A stretch of 64,000 nucleotides of DNA from Tortispora ganteri (Eukaryota), in the NCBI GenBank assembly GCA_003707115.1, contig PPNB01000009.1:186001-250000 (forward strand), written 5' to 3'. Shown here piece after piece: positions 1 to 9,224 of the stretch. The position numbers were made by a program, and so were the translations under genes. Numbering within the stretch: position 1 is the stretch's first letter; each line of letters starts with the position of its first letter. The notes below the pieces were generated by a model, which searched no databases, was not told the origin of the DNA, and was given only the letters and a program-made list of their open reading frames with translations.

Positions 1-1
1 C

Positions 2-736
2 TATGTGAACGGCTCAACTATAGGAAATGAGGCTGAAGTTGATTCCTCAGCCTTGGAAGCTGCCCGCGAGAAAGAAGCGCAGGCTCTGAACTCGCTTCTT
101 CCTGAAGGCGTTACTATCACGCATCATATCGTAGACCGGCCTACAATCCGCTCCAAGGTTGCTGGAAGAGTGTATATTCAGCCGCAATGGATATTTGATT
201 CTGTGAATAAAGGAGAGCTACTTCCTGTGATTGATTACGCACCTGGCGCAGAGCTGCCACCGCACTTGAGTCCCTGGGGCGATTCAGGCACCTACAATCC
301 TGAAGAATATGCCTTTGGCGGCCGTGCTGAGAACGCAGAAGAAGAGGAAGAAAACAGTGAAGATGAAGAAGACGCAGAGGAAGAAGACGCAGAAGAAGAG
401 GAAGAAGTTGAACTGGCTGCGGACGCTATTGAAACTTCTGATGACGAATACCAGAGACAGCTTGAGGCTGAACTGAAAGGTGACTCTGTGACTGTTCAAC
501 CTGAAGGAAAGAAGCTAAAGAAAGCTGAAAAACGATCTGAAAATAAGAAGAAACGCGCTCTTGAAGATGAAGACAAAGAATTGCGTAAAATGATGATGTC
601 TAATAAGCAACGAAAGCTGTACGAGAAAATGCAATACGGTATCAAGCAGCAGGATGACCGCTCAAAGGCCCTCAGCAAAAAACGCCGTACTATAGAAAAG
701 GAGAAAAAGGGAAAAGCAGCAAAACTGCAAAAGTAA
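2..736 (+). CDS. NOP7: Pescadillo/Nop7 homolog, C-terminal part (5' end outside window)
   Basis: BRCT-like THHIVDRP...[14 protein letters not shown]...[14 protein letters not shown], acidic tract, and C-terminal [22 protein letters not shown] typical of pescadillo. Confidence 0.95.
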   Translation, partial: YVNGSTIGNEAEVDSSALEAAREKEAQALNSLLPEGVTITHHIVDRPTIRSKVAGRVYIQPQWIFDSVNKGELLPVIDYAPGAELPPHLSPWGDSGTYNPEEYAFGGRAENAEEEEENSEDEEDAEEEDAEEEEEVELAADAIETSDDEYQRQLEAELKGDSVTVQPEGKKLKKAEKRSENKKKRALEDEDKELRKMMMSNKQRKLYEKMQYGIKQQDDRSKALSKKRRTIEKEKKGKAAKLQK

Positions 737-915
737 TGAATATACTATTTATTTTTACAGCATGACTTATAGCGGTAGATTATTATGGAGAAAATGACTT
801 TTAGCGTTTAGCAAATTTATATAACTTGTCATTAAAATGAGCGTAAATATTAAAGACAGGTAAGAAAAGAAATAATGATCAATGTATTTTCTCTATTCGG
901 GATCAGCTAAGTTGT

Positions 916-2895
916 CTAATCCCATTTATCTTCTTCTTGCTGTCTAGCGGTAGAAGATTTATCTATCGGTCGCGTTATAACTTGAACAAAATCAGGAGGA
1001 CTCAGTTTGGGCCAGTTGACGTAGGAAGTTCGGTTAAGCAGAATCAGTGATAGTCCATATAAAAGAACCCCCATCCACAACAAAACGAATAAAGACATGG
1101 GCATCCTGCTCTCAACGTTCTGTCGCGGGAGAATCCACGCTGCTATTAGCATGAGAATGCCCGAGTAAACCAAATAGGGAGCGGCTTGAAGTAGCAAAGG
1201 TCTTTTGTCGTAGGTTAAGGCTTCTGCTAACGTGGAATCTGTCGCGGGATCATATACCCCAAGGAAAAGGTCATAAGCATCTTGCCTGTATCCATCGTAA
1301 AAATTGTTCAATAAGTACCTGTGAATAGAATTGTATAAGTCAGATAGCGCACCTCTACGAGTACGACGACCGGTTCTCGTGAAGTCTGTTTTCAAAGCTC
1401 CTGTGCCTGAGTATGCTTCAGAAGTGACATTGCCATTGTCAGCCCAAGTGTTTCTAAACAAACTCTCAAATTCAATATCGACATTGTCAAAGGATGTAGA
1501 TAATGTGTTAATAATCCCATAAGACATTAGCTGCTGGTGGAGTACCCATCTAGCTATAAAAGATTGAACGACATTCGTTCTGTCCAAGCAGTCCATACAA
1601 TTAGTTCTCACTACAGCAGTCTGCAGTCTATCGGTAACTAGTGTGCTTGAAGAAGCCAAATCGGTAGAGGATAGCATATGAGCTTCAAACCATAGAGAAT
1701 TATTAGCATTGAAGTCATCAATTGCGAGGCCCTGAGCACGCAGCAGGTCGACAAGCAGGGAGACACGGTCCCATCGCATTCCGGAGCATTCGTGGTGGAA
1801 GTCGAAATAGACATACTTGACTCTATCTGCGTATTTTTCAAGGTTTGACATAGCGACCTCTAATGCAGATTTTATTCTCCTTTCGCGGCCCTTATTGTTT
1901 ACGAGGTTAACAAAGTAGACTTGATTGTAGATAGCTAGCAGCTGTTGAACATGTTTTTCAGTCGCAGGAAGTCCGAGACTTTGCACGGACGTGAAAGTGG
2001 TGTTAGCAGAGGCAGCTTTTGAGCTGGCATCAAGTTTCTTAGGATCTTGCGGGAGCCGCGATGGGTTTCCAATGTGCAGGGCAGGTACGTACTTTAGTGT
2101 GTTTATCTCTTGCCACACCAAAGGAACAGATCCGCGTATTTGCACATAAGACATTGTAGGCTCTCCAACATAGTCATGGAGGACGAGAATCTGTTCAGTT
2201 TCGTTAAAATTGGCGACGTTGCCTAGACTGTCGACGCCACGAGTGAAGTAGCGAGTACCCGCGCGGAACCGAGACCGTCTCGAGATGATGCCAAAGGTTA
2301 CGTGTTTGCCACAAATTGTAGTTTTAGATAGTGAAACAAAACCGTTTATTACTGGAAGAACGAACTTAGAGATATCTGGGTGATTTAAGGCCAAGAGGTC
2401 CCGCATGAGGTGCTTATTCCAGAAAAAGCGATCATCAAACTGAACGTAAGAGAAAGTCTCAGAAAGGGTGCCTTTCTGTGCCTGTCTCTGTAGAGAGTTC
2501 GATATATCTAAAGTATAAGAGAAATATAATTTTGCAGAATTGAGGTGAGTTTTCACCAGCGCAAGTAATTCTGAATCAGGAGAAGCAGTTTGACCAGTGG
2601 GGTTTACAACAGGGATGATCTCAAAATCAATCGCCTGGTAGACCGTGTGACCCCTGATGCTGCCAACAGCATTGACAGTTGTAATTGTAATTAAATATTT
2701 GTTGAGATGTAAAGTCAAAGTGCCCAGAAATCCTGCTATATTTGCACGATTGTTAGAGATGTCAAAATTAGCTGTGCTTTCAATGGACATATTGCCAGAA
2801 ACGCGGGAAAATTTTAGCGTCAAAGGCTTCTCTTGCGAAACGCTAGATATTAAAATCTCGTTGGATCGTACTATACATAATAGCGGGCCTAGCAT
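916..2895 (-). CDS. SAC1: Sac1 phosphoinositide phosphatase
   Basis: ISRRSRFRAGTRYFTRG, GNVANFNETEQ, catalytic RTNCMDCLDRTNVVQ (CX5RT), YSGTGALKTDFTRTG, two C-terminal TM helices. Confidence 0.97.
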   Translation of the reverse strand: MLGPLLCIVRSNEILISSVSQEKPLTLKFSRVSGNMSIESTANFDISNNRANIAGFLGTLTLHLNKYLITITTVNAVGSIRGHTVYQAIDFEIIPVVNPTGQTASPDSELLALVKTHLNSAKLYFSYTLDISNSLQRQAQKGTLSETFSYVQFDDRFFWNKHLMRDLLALNHPDISKFVLPVINGFVSLSKTTICGKHVTFGIISRRSRFRAGTRYFTRGVDSLGNVANFNETEQILVLHDYVGEPTMSYVQIRGSVPLVWQEINTLKYVPALHIGNPSRLPQDPKKLDASSKAASANTTFTSVQSLGLPATEKHVQQLLAIYNQVYFVNLVNNKGRERRIKSALEVAMSNLEKYADRVKYVYFDFHHECSGMRWDRVSLLVDLLRAQGLAIDDFNANNSLWFEAHMLSSTDLASSSTLVTDRLQTAVVRTNCMDCLDRTNVVQSFIARWVLHQQLMSYGIINTLSTSFDNVDIEFESLFRNTWADNGNVTSEAYSGTGALKTDFTRTGRRTRRGALSDLYNSIHRYLLNNFYDGYRQDAYDLFLGVYDPATDSTLAEALTYDKRPLLLQAAPYLVYSGILMLIAAWILPRQNVESRMPMSLFVLLWMGVLLYGLSLILLNRTSYVNWPKLSPPDFVQVITRPIDKSSTARQQEEDKWD

Positions 2896-3191
2896 CTGTC
2901 AATAAGTGATGCAAGTAATAGATAGTGGAGGAGGTAATGGTTGAGGTAGAGTTCATAAGGGGGAGGGTTGTTGTGGTTGTTGTTGTTGTTAAATCGGAGA
3001 TGACTGCAGAGGAAATACAACAATTTCAATAAATATAGGAAGGTGATATGAGAATTAATATTAAGTGCATAAATAGTAAAAGACGTTATCCAATGCCACT
3101 TCTATAAGAAAAAAAAAAGAGAAGATCAGTAATAGTGAGACAACATCAAGCAAGCGTTGTTGGGTAAAAGAAGGATCAGCTGTTGTTTTGT

Positions 3192-4934
3192 TTAATAAGA
3201 CTCGGAGGCCGCAGTTGCGGGAGGAGATGCTAACACTCCATTCTGTCTCCAGCGACGCATTTCCTGTTTAATTGCAACAGAGTCTAACGGTTTAAGCAGC
3301 TGGAACGAGCACAATAACTCTTCAGATACTGCCATGACTGCACCCCAGTTATCAAATTCTCCGCAATAGTTGGGCGCAGAAAACACCGTAACAAGCGACC
3401 GGTCGTTGAAAAACTCATATCCGTCTTCAACAACCATGTGTGCCCGGCATACCAGGTCAAACCCGAATCGTGCAAGAAACTTGTTAATTGCTGTCTTACC
3501 GAAACAGTAACTAACTCCTCTCTCGTTGTCTTCCCATTCGGCTGTAGTGTAGGCGGGATCTGACCATAACAAATCGTTTAAGAGGCCACTATCGGGAACA
3601 TCACTAGGGCGTTCTATGTTTCGTATCTGAGTCATAGACGACAGCTCCGGACTCAAGCCGCCGTGCACACAGAATATCTTTGAGGCTACCACCGCCGCAA
3701 TTGGCAATGTGTTGAACGTGTCGATAAATGTTCGCCAAGTCTTCAAAGAGCTTCTTCGTTTGCATTCGTCATAAAATCCGTAAACTCGAGTAACATTGGC
3801 ACATTCGTGATTGCCCCGAAGCAAGAAGAAATTTTCCGGAAATTTGATCTTGTAGCAGAGTAAAAGTAGAATCGTTTCTAGTCCCTGCTTTCCACGGTCC
3901 ACATAGTCACCTAAAAACAAATAGTTAGAGCTGGGCGGAAAACCGCAAAGTTTGAACATTCGCAAGAGGTCATTGTATTGCCCATGAACGTCGCCAACAA
4001 TCTTAACTGGCGCCGACAGTTCTATTAATGTCGGCTGGGAAAGAAATACCTCACGCGCTCTTGCACATATTTGAGATATCTCAGATTGTTTCAGGCAAAT
4101 AGTTTTAGACACTTTTCCTGAAATGCCGTTGTCTAAAAGTCTGCTTATAATTTCATCTAGGTCAAGAGAGTTGCTGCCAGGCAATGAAAGCCCTAGCGAT
4201 CGGGAATTGAATGGTGAAGAGGATGAACCATAAGAATTAGACCCTGGTGCTCTACCTGACCCATATGGGGATAAGCTTGGTGATATAGACCTTTGTGGGG
4301 ACATAGATCGAGTACGGCTCTTTTCATGGAGGCCGCGGCGGGGGCTCAGGGTGCGTAATTGTCTGGAATTAGTCAGAGCCGGCGAATCCAAAGGGGAAGC
4401 GGCATTGCTCGTATTATCGCCTCCATATGATCCGGGGGTTTCTGGGTTAGATTGTTTGCCTGACTTATGTGTAAAATAGTCTTGTGTGGGAGAGGGGGCT
4501 TCGGTCTCCTTGCCGGCAATGGCAGTGGTAGAGGGGTCGGTGGTATTAAGCACCGCCAAAGCGGCAGCGGCAGCACCGACGCCTACTTCTTCAGAGTCAG
4601 AAGGATTATCTTCGTTCTTGGCGGATCTCAGTGCTGCTTTTTCCTTCGATGGAGGTGAGATTTCAGGGGCAACTCGCGGCGGGGAAGAAGAATAGGCGGA
4701 AACTTGTTGGAGAATAGGAGTACCAACGGTTCCATGAATTCCGATTGGCGGCTGAGATTGACCGGGGCTAGACCCAGATGCAGTTAGAGAATGCGAGTTC
4801 AGGAATCGTGATTTTACTGATCGAGTAGACTTGGTGGATTTGGTGGATTTGTTGGATTTAACGGAGGTTTGCGTGTCAGACCTGGAGAAAGAAGGGTATG
4901 ACTTTAGAGTTTCCTTGCTGTTAGATGAACCCAT
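3192..4934 (-). CDS. PPZ1: PP1-like Ser/Thr phosphatase Z
   Basis: N-myristoylation start MGSSNSK, Ser-rich disordered N-terminus, GDVHGQ / GDYVDRG / RGNHE motifs, [16 protein letters not shown] (PPZ type). Confidence 0.93.
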   Translation of the reverse strand: MGSSNSKETLKSYPSFSRSDTQTSVKSNKSTKSTKSTRSVKSRFLNSHSLTASGSSPGQSQPPIGIHGTVGTPILQQVSAYSSSPPRVAPEISPPSKEKAALRSAKNEDNPSDSEEVGVGAAAAALAVLNTTDPSTTAIAGKETEAPSPTQDYFTHKSGKQSNPETPGSYGGDNTSNAASPLDSPALTNSRQLRTLSPRRGLHEKSRTRSMSPQRSISPSLSPYGSGRAPGSNSYGSSSSPFNSRSLGLSLPGSNSLDLDEIISRLLDNGISGKVSKTICLKQSEISQICARAREVFLSQPTLIELSAPVKIVGDVHGQYNDLLRMFKLCGFPPSSNYLFLGDYVDRGKQGLETILLLLCYKIKFPENFFLLRGNHECANVTRVYGFYDECKRRSSLKTWRTFIDTFNTLPIAAVVASKIFCVHGGLSPELSSMTQIRNIERPSDVPDSGLLNDLLWSDPAYTTAEWEDNERGVSYCFGKTAINKFLARFGFDLVCRAHMVVEDGYEFFNDRSLVTVFSAPNYCGEFDNWGAVMAVSEELLCSFQLLKPLDSVAIKQEMRRWRQNGVLASPPATAASESY

Positions 4935-5630
4935 TTTATTTCTAAATGAGTCTGTAAATACAAAAAGTAGGGTGGCATCAACAACAAGGACTGATTAATT
5001 AATAGCGGAGATAACAGATTAAGTAAATTCACTTGCCTTAACTGGGTGAGAAATTGGGACCTAAATGATTGTGTAAGAGTGAAAGTAGGTGAAGGATAAT
5101 CAAGTAGTAATTCTTATTGGGTGGTTTAAAGATCCGTTGTCATGGAAATAAAGTAGATGATATTGTATTATTGCGAATCTTGCTTAGTTGTTGGCTGTCA
5201 TTTGACGTTAGTGGTTGTATGCTGGTTAGTTAGATGAGATATTTCTAATGTCTGAATTTGAATACTATTTTTGTTTATAGATTTATGTCTCTACTAATTA
5301 TGATAAAGATTGACGGAGGATTTATGGCGTTGGACCACGGTTGCAATGGAGATTATTGATTGAAGATCAGTCAACCCCCGATCGATCTGCCTTATATTTA
5401 AGCCTGTCCCAGTAAGACTGTACGCAAACTAATATGTATTACGGCTTAAAGACGCACTAAATGATAATATGCTTGAGCTTGTCATATAACTAACATAACT
5501 GATACTGCAAGAAGAAAGTGGATCTGGAATGTTCTTTAAATGAAACAGTTGGTGTGAGATTACCTTATACGGAAGTCGGTAGTAACTACGTTTGTTCTAC
5601 GTTGACCTGAAAAGGTCACCCTCCCATAGG

Positions 5631-5638
5631 TATAAAAG
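5631..5638 (+). promoter_or_regulatory. TATA box upstream of BXI1-like gene
   Basis: TATAAAAG about 125 bp upstream of the ATG at 5762. Confidence 0.55.
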
Positions 5639-5761
5639 TGCAACCCACCCGCTACCCCACACACCACTTAGGGACTTTTTGCCTTAATATTATATTACAA
5701 TCTGATCGATAAGTCCGCCATTACTCCAATCAAGGCTAAATAAGGTACAAATTTTTGCAAT

Positions 5762-6517
5762 ATGTCTTCTTATACGACTACTCCCCCATCATACGCAACA
5801 GTCGATTCACAAGCGCATGTCGTAGATGACAACGACAACATTTTTAAGAACAGCGTGTTCGTCGCCGAGTCGCCTATTACGATCAGACAAGGATTCATCC
5901 GTAGGGTATACGCTCTATTGTCTGCACAGGTACTGCTCACTACGCTTGTCGCTGGAGGAATGATGACTTCACAGTCAACTAAGTCTTTTCTCCAGTCGAG
6001 TGGCGGTTTCTGGGTTATAATCGCTGCATTTATCGGATCATTCATTTGTCTCTTTGGTGCACAGTATACTGCCCGAAGGCACCCGTACAATCTCATGTTT
6101 GTATCTGGCTTTACTTTATGCGAAGCTTTTACGCTGGGCTGCGTTACATGCTTCTTAGATAACCGCGTGGTTCTGCAGGCGTTCATGCTAACCTCTGTTT
6201 TGTTTGTAGGCCTTACACTTTTTGCATGCCAAAGTAAGTACGACTTTCTCTCGTGGTACCAATTCTTGAACATCGCGCTGTTCGTCATGATAGGATTCGG
6301 CTTTATTCAGATGTTTTTGCCCTACAGCAACACCATGGAGATGGTATACTGCGGAGCAGGTGTGCTGATATTTTCTGGAATGGTTCTTGCTGACACGCAA
6401 GCCATTATGCAAAGGCTGCACCCTGATGAGGTCATACTTGCGAGTATCAGTCTGTACCTGGACTTCCTCAACTTATTCTTTTTCATTCTGCGATTACTCC
6501 AGAACGACGACCAATAA
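5762..6517 (+). CDS. BXI1: Bax inhibitor-1 family (TMBIM) membrane protein
   Basis: IRQGFIRRVYALLSAQ, about 7 hydrophobic helices, ADTQ and SLYLDFLNLF C-terminal BI-1 motifs. Confidence 0.92.
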   Translation: MSSYTTTPPSYATVDSQAHVVDDNDNIFKNSVFVAESPITIRQGFIRRVYALLSAQVLLTTLVAGGMMTSQSTKSFLQSSGGFWVIIAAFIGSFICLFGAQYTARRHPYNLMFVSGFTLCEAFTLGCVTCFLDNRVVLQAFMLTSVLFVGLTLFACQSKYDFLSWYQFLNIALFVMIGFGFIQMFLPYSNTMEMVYCGAGVLIFSGMVLADTQAIMQRLHPDEVILASISLYLDFLNLFFFILRLLQNDDQ

Positions 6518-6642
6518 ACCCATACACACACACATAAACGCATTCGAGAATACTGTTATTTCTGCATGGTAATATATTAAGGAATCCATCTTATTTATTG
6601 ACACTCTATTTCACCGTAGACTTCTACCCACTAACCAGCAAT

Positions 6643-6960
6643 CTATTCGTCATCAGGATCAGGCAGTTCTACTTGGAAATCTGATTGCCCGTTGTACGTA
6701 AATGCGAGTACTGAGAAGTCAGATAGCCCCAAAGCCTCGACAGTCGCCTGGCTCTCTGATATATCATTCCAGTCACCGGAAAGATCTTTACTTTCGTTCA
6801 AGGCTAGCCTTATAAGGTTACTATCGAAGGTTTCGTCGACTTTTCCGCATTCTCGTAAGATACGTGCAATCTCTGCCTTCAAGTCTGCCATTGTAGATGT
6901 CGGCTTCATATAGAGCATACACACGGTCCTGTAGTGTTTCGCTTTTATTATTAAGTCCAT
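6643..6960 (-). CDS. Small ubiquitin-fold protein resembling Elongin B
   Basis: 105-aa ATG ORF filling the gap between two genes; pattern MDLIIKAKHYRTVCMLYMKPTSTMADLKAEIARIL...IRL...ATVEALGL fits a beta-grasp/UBL fold. Confidence 0.7.
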   Translation of the reverse strand: MDLIIKAKHYRTVCMLYMKPTSTMADLKAEIARILRECGKVDETFDSNLIRLALNESKDLSGDWNDISESQATVEALGLSDFSVLAFTYNGQSDFQVELPDPDDE

Positions 6961-7059
6961 TTTAATTAATCTGAACGAGAAGATCTCTTTTTTCTTTTAA
7001 AGTGTGTGGTGACACGGTCGTCTGCGTTAAGGTGTAGTGGTATTATTAGAGTTGGTCCT

Positions 7060-7066
7060 TTACCCG
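7060..7066 (+). promoter_or_regulatory. Reb1-type site in bidirectional promoter
   Basis: TTACCCG in the 156-bp spacer between the divergent ATGs at 6960 and 7117. Confidence 0.4.
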
Positions 7067-7116
7067 TGAATATCTTAACGCTTGACGTTTGACCACCAGT
7101 AACTCTTGCATTAACT

Positions 7117-7725
7117 ATGGCATTTGAAGAGTTAAAAAAAGACCTGAAAGAAGAGGCACAACGATTAAAAGATCTTGGAGTACATATTGATGAGTCTACT
7201 TTTTTTGAAGACGGTGCTCGACTAGGTATCACACCTATTCCGCGCATTCTGATCTTGTCTGGCCTTTTCGGTACTACTGGGTTCTTCTCTGGCTTCTCAC
7301 AAGGCGCGCGCCATGCCGGATACAGGTACCTTGCCGAAAACTACCATAGATTACCTACAGATAAGCAGGGCTGGTACTTTTACCATAAAACGAGAAATTA
7401 CGTGGTATTACGTGACGGCCTATCCCGCGGTATGCGGACCGCCGCCGCTGTCTCGGCGTTCACTTTGGTTTTTTGCACCATCGAAGCCGGAATTGATATG
7501 GCGCTCGGAACTCCTTCCTGGACAGCCACTACTGCCGCCGCAATATCTACAGCTATCCCATATCTTGTGATTAAGGGACAACGGTCTGTACAGCTTGCCA
7601 AATCATCAATCCAGGTCACTGTGTTTGCTGCAGCATTTGGTCTGTTGCAGGACTACACGCGTAAAATGAGGACACCAGAACCAGCCTCGATCCTGGATCC
7701 AGCGCCCGATACAAAGAAACCGTGA
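7117..7725 (+). CDS. Conserved fungal membrane protein, Tim17/22/23-like Gly-rich helices (uncharacterised)
   Basis: YLAENYHRLPTDKQGWYFYHKTRNY motif recalled from a conserved fungal family; small-residue-rich TM helices. Confidence 0.75.
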   Translation: MAFEELKKDLKEEAQRLKDLGVHIDESTFFEDGARLGITPIPRILILSGLFGTTGFFSGFSQGARHAGYRYLAENYHRLPTDKQGWYFYHKTRNYVVLRDGLSRGMRTAAAVSAFTLVFCTIEAGIDMALGTPSWTATTAAAISTAIPYLVIKGQRSVQLAKSSIQVTVFAAAFGLLQDYTRKMRTPEPASILDPAPDTKKP

Positions 7726-7778
7726 AATCACTCTACAGCTGACTACGCTTGTTCCTAGTGCCTAGTTCCTCATCATCA

Positions 7779-8930
7779 TTACTCGTCGTCTTCTGAGCCT
7801 GATTGTTCCTCTAGATCAGGTACGGAATATTTCAAAATAGCAGCTATGCCTGTCATATGGTCTAACTGTTTTCCCGAATCATGCATGCTGGAGAAAATCA
7901 TAACTTTGCCTCCCTGTAGCCGCGCATCTTCAACCAATTTCACGTATTTCTTCCGGTCACTGGTATCGCTGCTTCTAAGCAATGTATCTGATATCAGCAG
8001 CACATCGACGGCACCCACTTCAACCGCTTTAGTGACCTCTTTCGGCCCATACCACGCCTTTGTATCGTCTTGCGCTACGATTTTCATGAACCTGTCCAGT
8101 GCTCGGCTTTCTTGGGCAAATTGTGTATCCGCGAGCTGTGAGACAACTTCAGGCGTCTTCAGAGCCTCGTTCAGCGCGGAAAGGTGACCCGTGGATGTAT
8201 GTACCAACAGAATTTTCTCTTTGACCCTTATCCATTCCTTGTCGTTCAAGTTCAAGCTGTTGGTCTCTATTCGCTTGAGCAATCCTTGACCGACGAACCC
8301 TGGCGAAGCGATTATAATGACTTTGAGCACTGAGAGGTCAAAGACCCGCCGCATCATCTGAAACACGTTATCGTAGAACCTCGTTAGTGATTTGTCGTGT
8401 TGCTCGCTTGAACCGCGCCTTTTCCGGGGGATGTTCACTTCGAATCTGCCCTTTACTACCGTCAAATGCTCGGTCAGCAGGCACACATGCGCCAGCCCCT
8501 CGTGCAACGCAACGGCGCCCACTTGCGCCTTGGTGGCAATATTTGTGGCACTGTCTATGGTCTCTAGATCAATTTGGTCCCACTCTTCCTTGTATATGCT
8601 CAATGATTTGTTGGCTTCGATGTCCAGTGTGTGGAAAGACCGCAGCTTAACGTACTGATTTGCTTCTACAATCTGTCCGTTCAGGTGGAGCTCGCAGACC
8701 TCACCATCAAACGCACTTTTTACTACTTGAATGGCTAAATTCATCACCACTCTCTGTGAAGTGACGCTACCGGTCGCAGATTCTGACACCACTTTGCGCT
8801 CAGTCTTCGCCTTCACGACATCTCCAGCCCGGATCAGGTTGTATAACTGCCACATATCTTCAGGATCCTCGGGCACAACCACAAGCGTGCCCGAAGAATG
8901 TTTCTCGAGCTCTTTTTTCAGCAGTTTCAT
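7779..8930 (-). CDS. DOM34: Pelota/Dom34 ribosome rescue factor
   Basis: Start MKLLKK at 8930 (the ORF track extends it with a non-ATG start); PEDPEDMWQLYNLI, FHTLDIE, IIASPGF, AWYGP, LDHMTGIAAILKY. Confidence 0.97.
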   Translation of the reverse strand: MKLLKKELEKHSSGTLVVVPEDPEDMWQLYNLIRAGDVVKAKTERKVVSESATGSVTSQRVVMNLAIQVVKSAFDGEVCELHLNGQIVEANQYVKLRSFHTLDIEANKSLSIYKEEWDQIDLETIDSATNIATKAQVGAVALHEGLAHVCLLTEHLTVVKGRFEVNIPRKRRGSSEQHDKSLTRFYDNVFQMMRRVFDLSVLKVIIIASPGFVGQGLLKRIETNSLNLNDKEWIRVKEKILLVHTSTGHLSALNEALKTPEVVSQLADTQFAQESRALDRFMKIVAQDDTKAWYGPKEVTKAVEVGAVDVLLISDTLLRSSDTSDRKKYVKLVEDARLQGGKVMIFSSMHDSGKQLDHMTGIAAILKYSVPDLEEQSGSEDDE

Positions 8931-9224
8931 GTGTTGTTGAGGAATGTGATTTGGCCTAATCGAAAAGCAGACCTGTCTATTGAATGGTGAGGTTTCCTTG
9001 GTGCGGCTTGAACTCCCCAGGAGCCGCAACTGTACCCCCCACCTTAACCCACACATCAAGCAACTACACCGTCTCGCTCTATTAGCTATTTTTTATAGTC
9101 TTAAACAGGCTATCGCGATAGTACACGTGAAATCTTTGGGTCTCGCTGGTATACAGTCTATCGTTGTGGAGGTATCCTAGACGCCACATGCCCAGGCACT
9201 TACCACTACCCGCTCACTATTGTC

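Noticed and set aside
2967..2990. (GTT)n microsatellite upstream of SAC1
   Set aside because: Short imperfect simple repeat with no evidence of function
8910..8930. Possible CUG codon reassignment
   Set aside because: CTG codons at the DOM34 start (ATG AAA CTG CTG) fit Leu at hydrophobic positions; no sign of CUG-Ser or CUG-Ala, though this was not tested systematically
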